From: Paraspadella gotoi
Taxonomy: Eukaryota > Animalia > Chaetognatha
Length of the DNA: 64,000 nt
Assembly (NCBI GenBank): GCA_051294375.1
Contig: CM119263.1
Span: forward strand, 18,066,628-18,130,627
Reading direction: 5' to 3'
In this document: piece by piece, positions 62,488 through 64,000 of the stretch
How the letters are laid out: the number at the start of each line of letters is the position of its first letter
Position numbering within the stretch: position 1 is the stretch's first letter
Position numbers and translations under genes: made by a program
The notes under the pieces: generated by a model
Told to the model about the DNA's origin: nothing
Database searches by the model: none
Seen by the model: only the letters and a program-made list of their open reading frames with translations

Positions 62488-64000
62488 ATTGACTATAGGC
62501 TTACCAGGGTAGCCTTCGTCTTGAGAAAGTCGCATCGAAGCCATTAGATTAGACGGTGGCTGCCTTTCTTGCTGTTGATGCTGATTTCGGAGGATCGCTT
62601 GATGCTGTTGACGGCGCCAGTCGTCGAAGGGGACAGGCGATGGTGAAGGACGACGACGACGAACGGCTTCTGAGAATCGAGATAAGTTTTGTTTAGAGGA
62701 AGTCATGTACTCGATTCGACATCCCATCCACTTACCCGGGTGAGGCTCATCGATGTGATGGAATCGCCTTTGTCGTATATCGTCGTTGCCTTCGACGCCC
62801 GGGGACGAAACGAAGGACGAAAATCGTCTCCCGTTTTGCTGCTGTTGAGGAAGTTGCTGCTGTTGCTGCTGCACGTGTTGTTGCGTTGGTTGCGGCGACG
62901 AAGCTCGTCGACTCGGCGCGGTCGGCGAGGCGAGCGCTCGTGGTTCCGCGGTTCTCGAGATAGAGTCTGTCGCGCGGATCGAATGTCCCGCAACATCTTT
63001 CGGGAGCGGAGGGGCAGGATCCGGCTCCGAATCGTCCTTACCAGCTAATCTCGTGGTAGGGTCGCGATGATGATTGCTCCTGGAGGAAGGGCCTCTTCGT
63101 TCTCCTGCTCTGGTCGTCTGCTCAGTTCCAAAGCGAATTTCTCTTCTATCTTCCCTGCTCTCGTTTAGGTTCGATCTACGATTTTCGGTTCCGTATGCGA
63201 GGTCTCGTCGATCTTCGATCTGTTCTCGTCGCCCTGGAGATTTCGACGAGACAATAACGTCGTCTTCGTCGTAGTCGTCGTCTTCGTCTTTTTTTCGATC
63301 GTCCGGAAGAACAAGGGTTGGAATCGATACTGCAAAAAATCAATTTGGTTGATTATTCTATTGGTTAATTGATTGACTATTTTATTAATTGGGCAATTCT
63401 ACTGGGCCAAAGCACCAGGGCAATGGATCATAGATTCATATGGAATAAATTAAAGAGATGATTAGAAGCAAATACAATATATGATATACCTCTAGTTGGC
63501 CTGTTATTCTTGGTCTCGGTCCGCGTTGGAGTAAATTCCATTTTGTTTACAGAGATGGCATAAGCGGCAGACGGAGACAGAGTGGAAGGAGAGCGAGAGG
63601 GAGTGGCGGCCATTGGAGATACGGGAGTGGTGGGGGTGCGAGCCGAGGAGGAAGGCGTGGAGTCGAAGGCCGATGCCCGACGACCCCTGGTGGGCGTCAA
63701 CGCGGTGAGCGACGCTGTCATCGAGAGAAAAAAAAAATTCAATTGTCTAATGTCTATATGATGTCATCAGGATTTTTTGGTTTTTCACCTGGACTGGGGG
63801 ATCTTCTGCCGACTTCGGATCGCCGGCGCTGCAGAGTTTGCGGAGCGATGGTTACGCGGCGCCACCGTTCGGATTCAGGCGGAGGAACGTTGGCCTCGCT
63901 ATACGAGCTCATTTCCGGTTCATCTCCCGCGTCATCGTCGATATTTTCTATGGCGGAACCGGATCTCGATGTTCGGCCGTCGGCGTTGACGTCTCCGATT
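61487..64000 (-). CDS. 3' part of a low-complexity Ser/Arg/Pro/Gln-rich protein gene; 5' part lies beyond the right edge
   Basis: Phase-1 GT-AG chain ~64000-63789, ~63713-63490, ~63329-62504 and ~62436-61487 (…GRRSPSP|ASLTALTP…PTR|VSIPTLVLPDD…DEGYP|DRPQILRR…YNQNPAPRR*), spanning an N gap. Confidence 0.65.
61504..61950 (-). repeat. ~140-bp coding tandem repeat flanking an N gap
   Basis: 61504-61643 and 61811-61949 are near-identical (ADVNDY.NWTEQDEYRSRGYPQS.RDESNYRTSRSATYRSSRYNQN). Confidence 0.75.

Overview
Intron-rich animal genomic DNA with GC-rich exons, AT-rich introns and two N gaps. The left 36 kb is one giant minus-strand pericentrin/AKAP9-family gene: about 38 exons and about 4,200 codons in the window, with its 3' end off the left edge. 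Its introns hold three antisense nested genes: a 183-aa secreted protein, a 128-aa unknown protein and a C4orf45/SPMIP2-like protein. The right half holds two tandem paralogous, unrecognised coiled-coil genes (+) and the 3' end of a low-complexity gene (-). The most striking element is a 647-bp non-coding LTR element at 7477-8123, with a 4-bp TSD, a tRNA-Trp-like PBS and a PPT. Each of its LTRs carries a tRNA-Gly-like cloverleaf followed by a candidate circularly permuted (type-P5) twister ribozyme, so it is a possible animal twister-bearing LTR retrozyme. A solo LTR of the same family (57453-57686), a second structured solo LTR (20664-20902), Penelope-type minimal hammerhead ribozymes and several MITEs are also present. 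Gene models were spliced by eye, and family and ribozyme calls rest on remembered motifs, not database searches.
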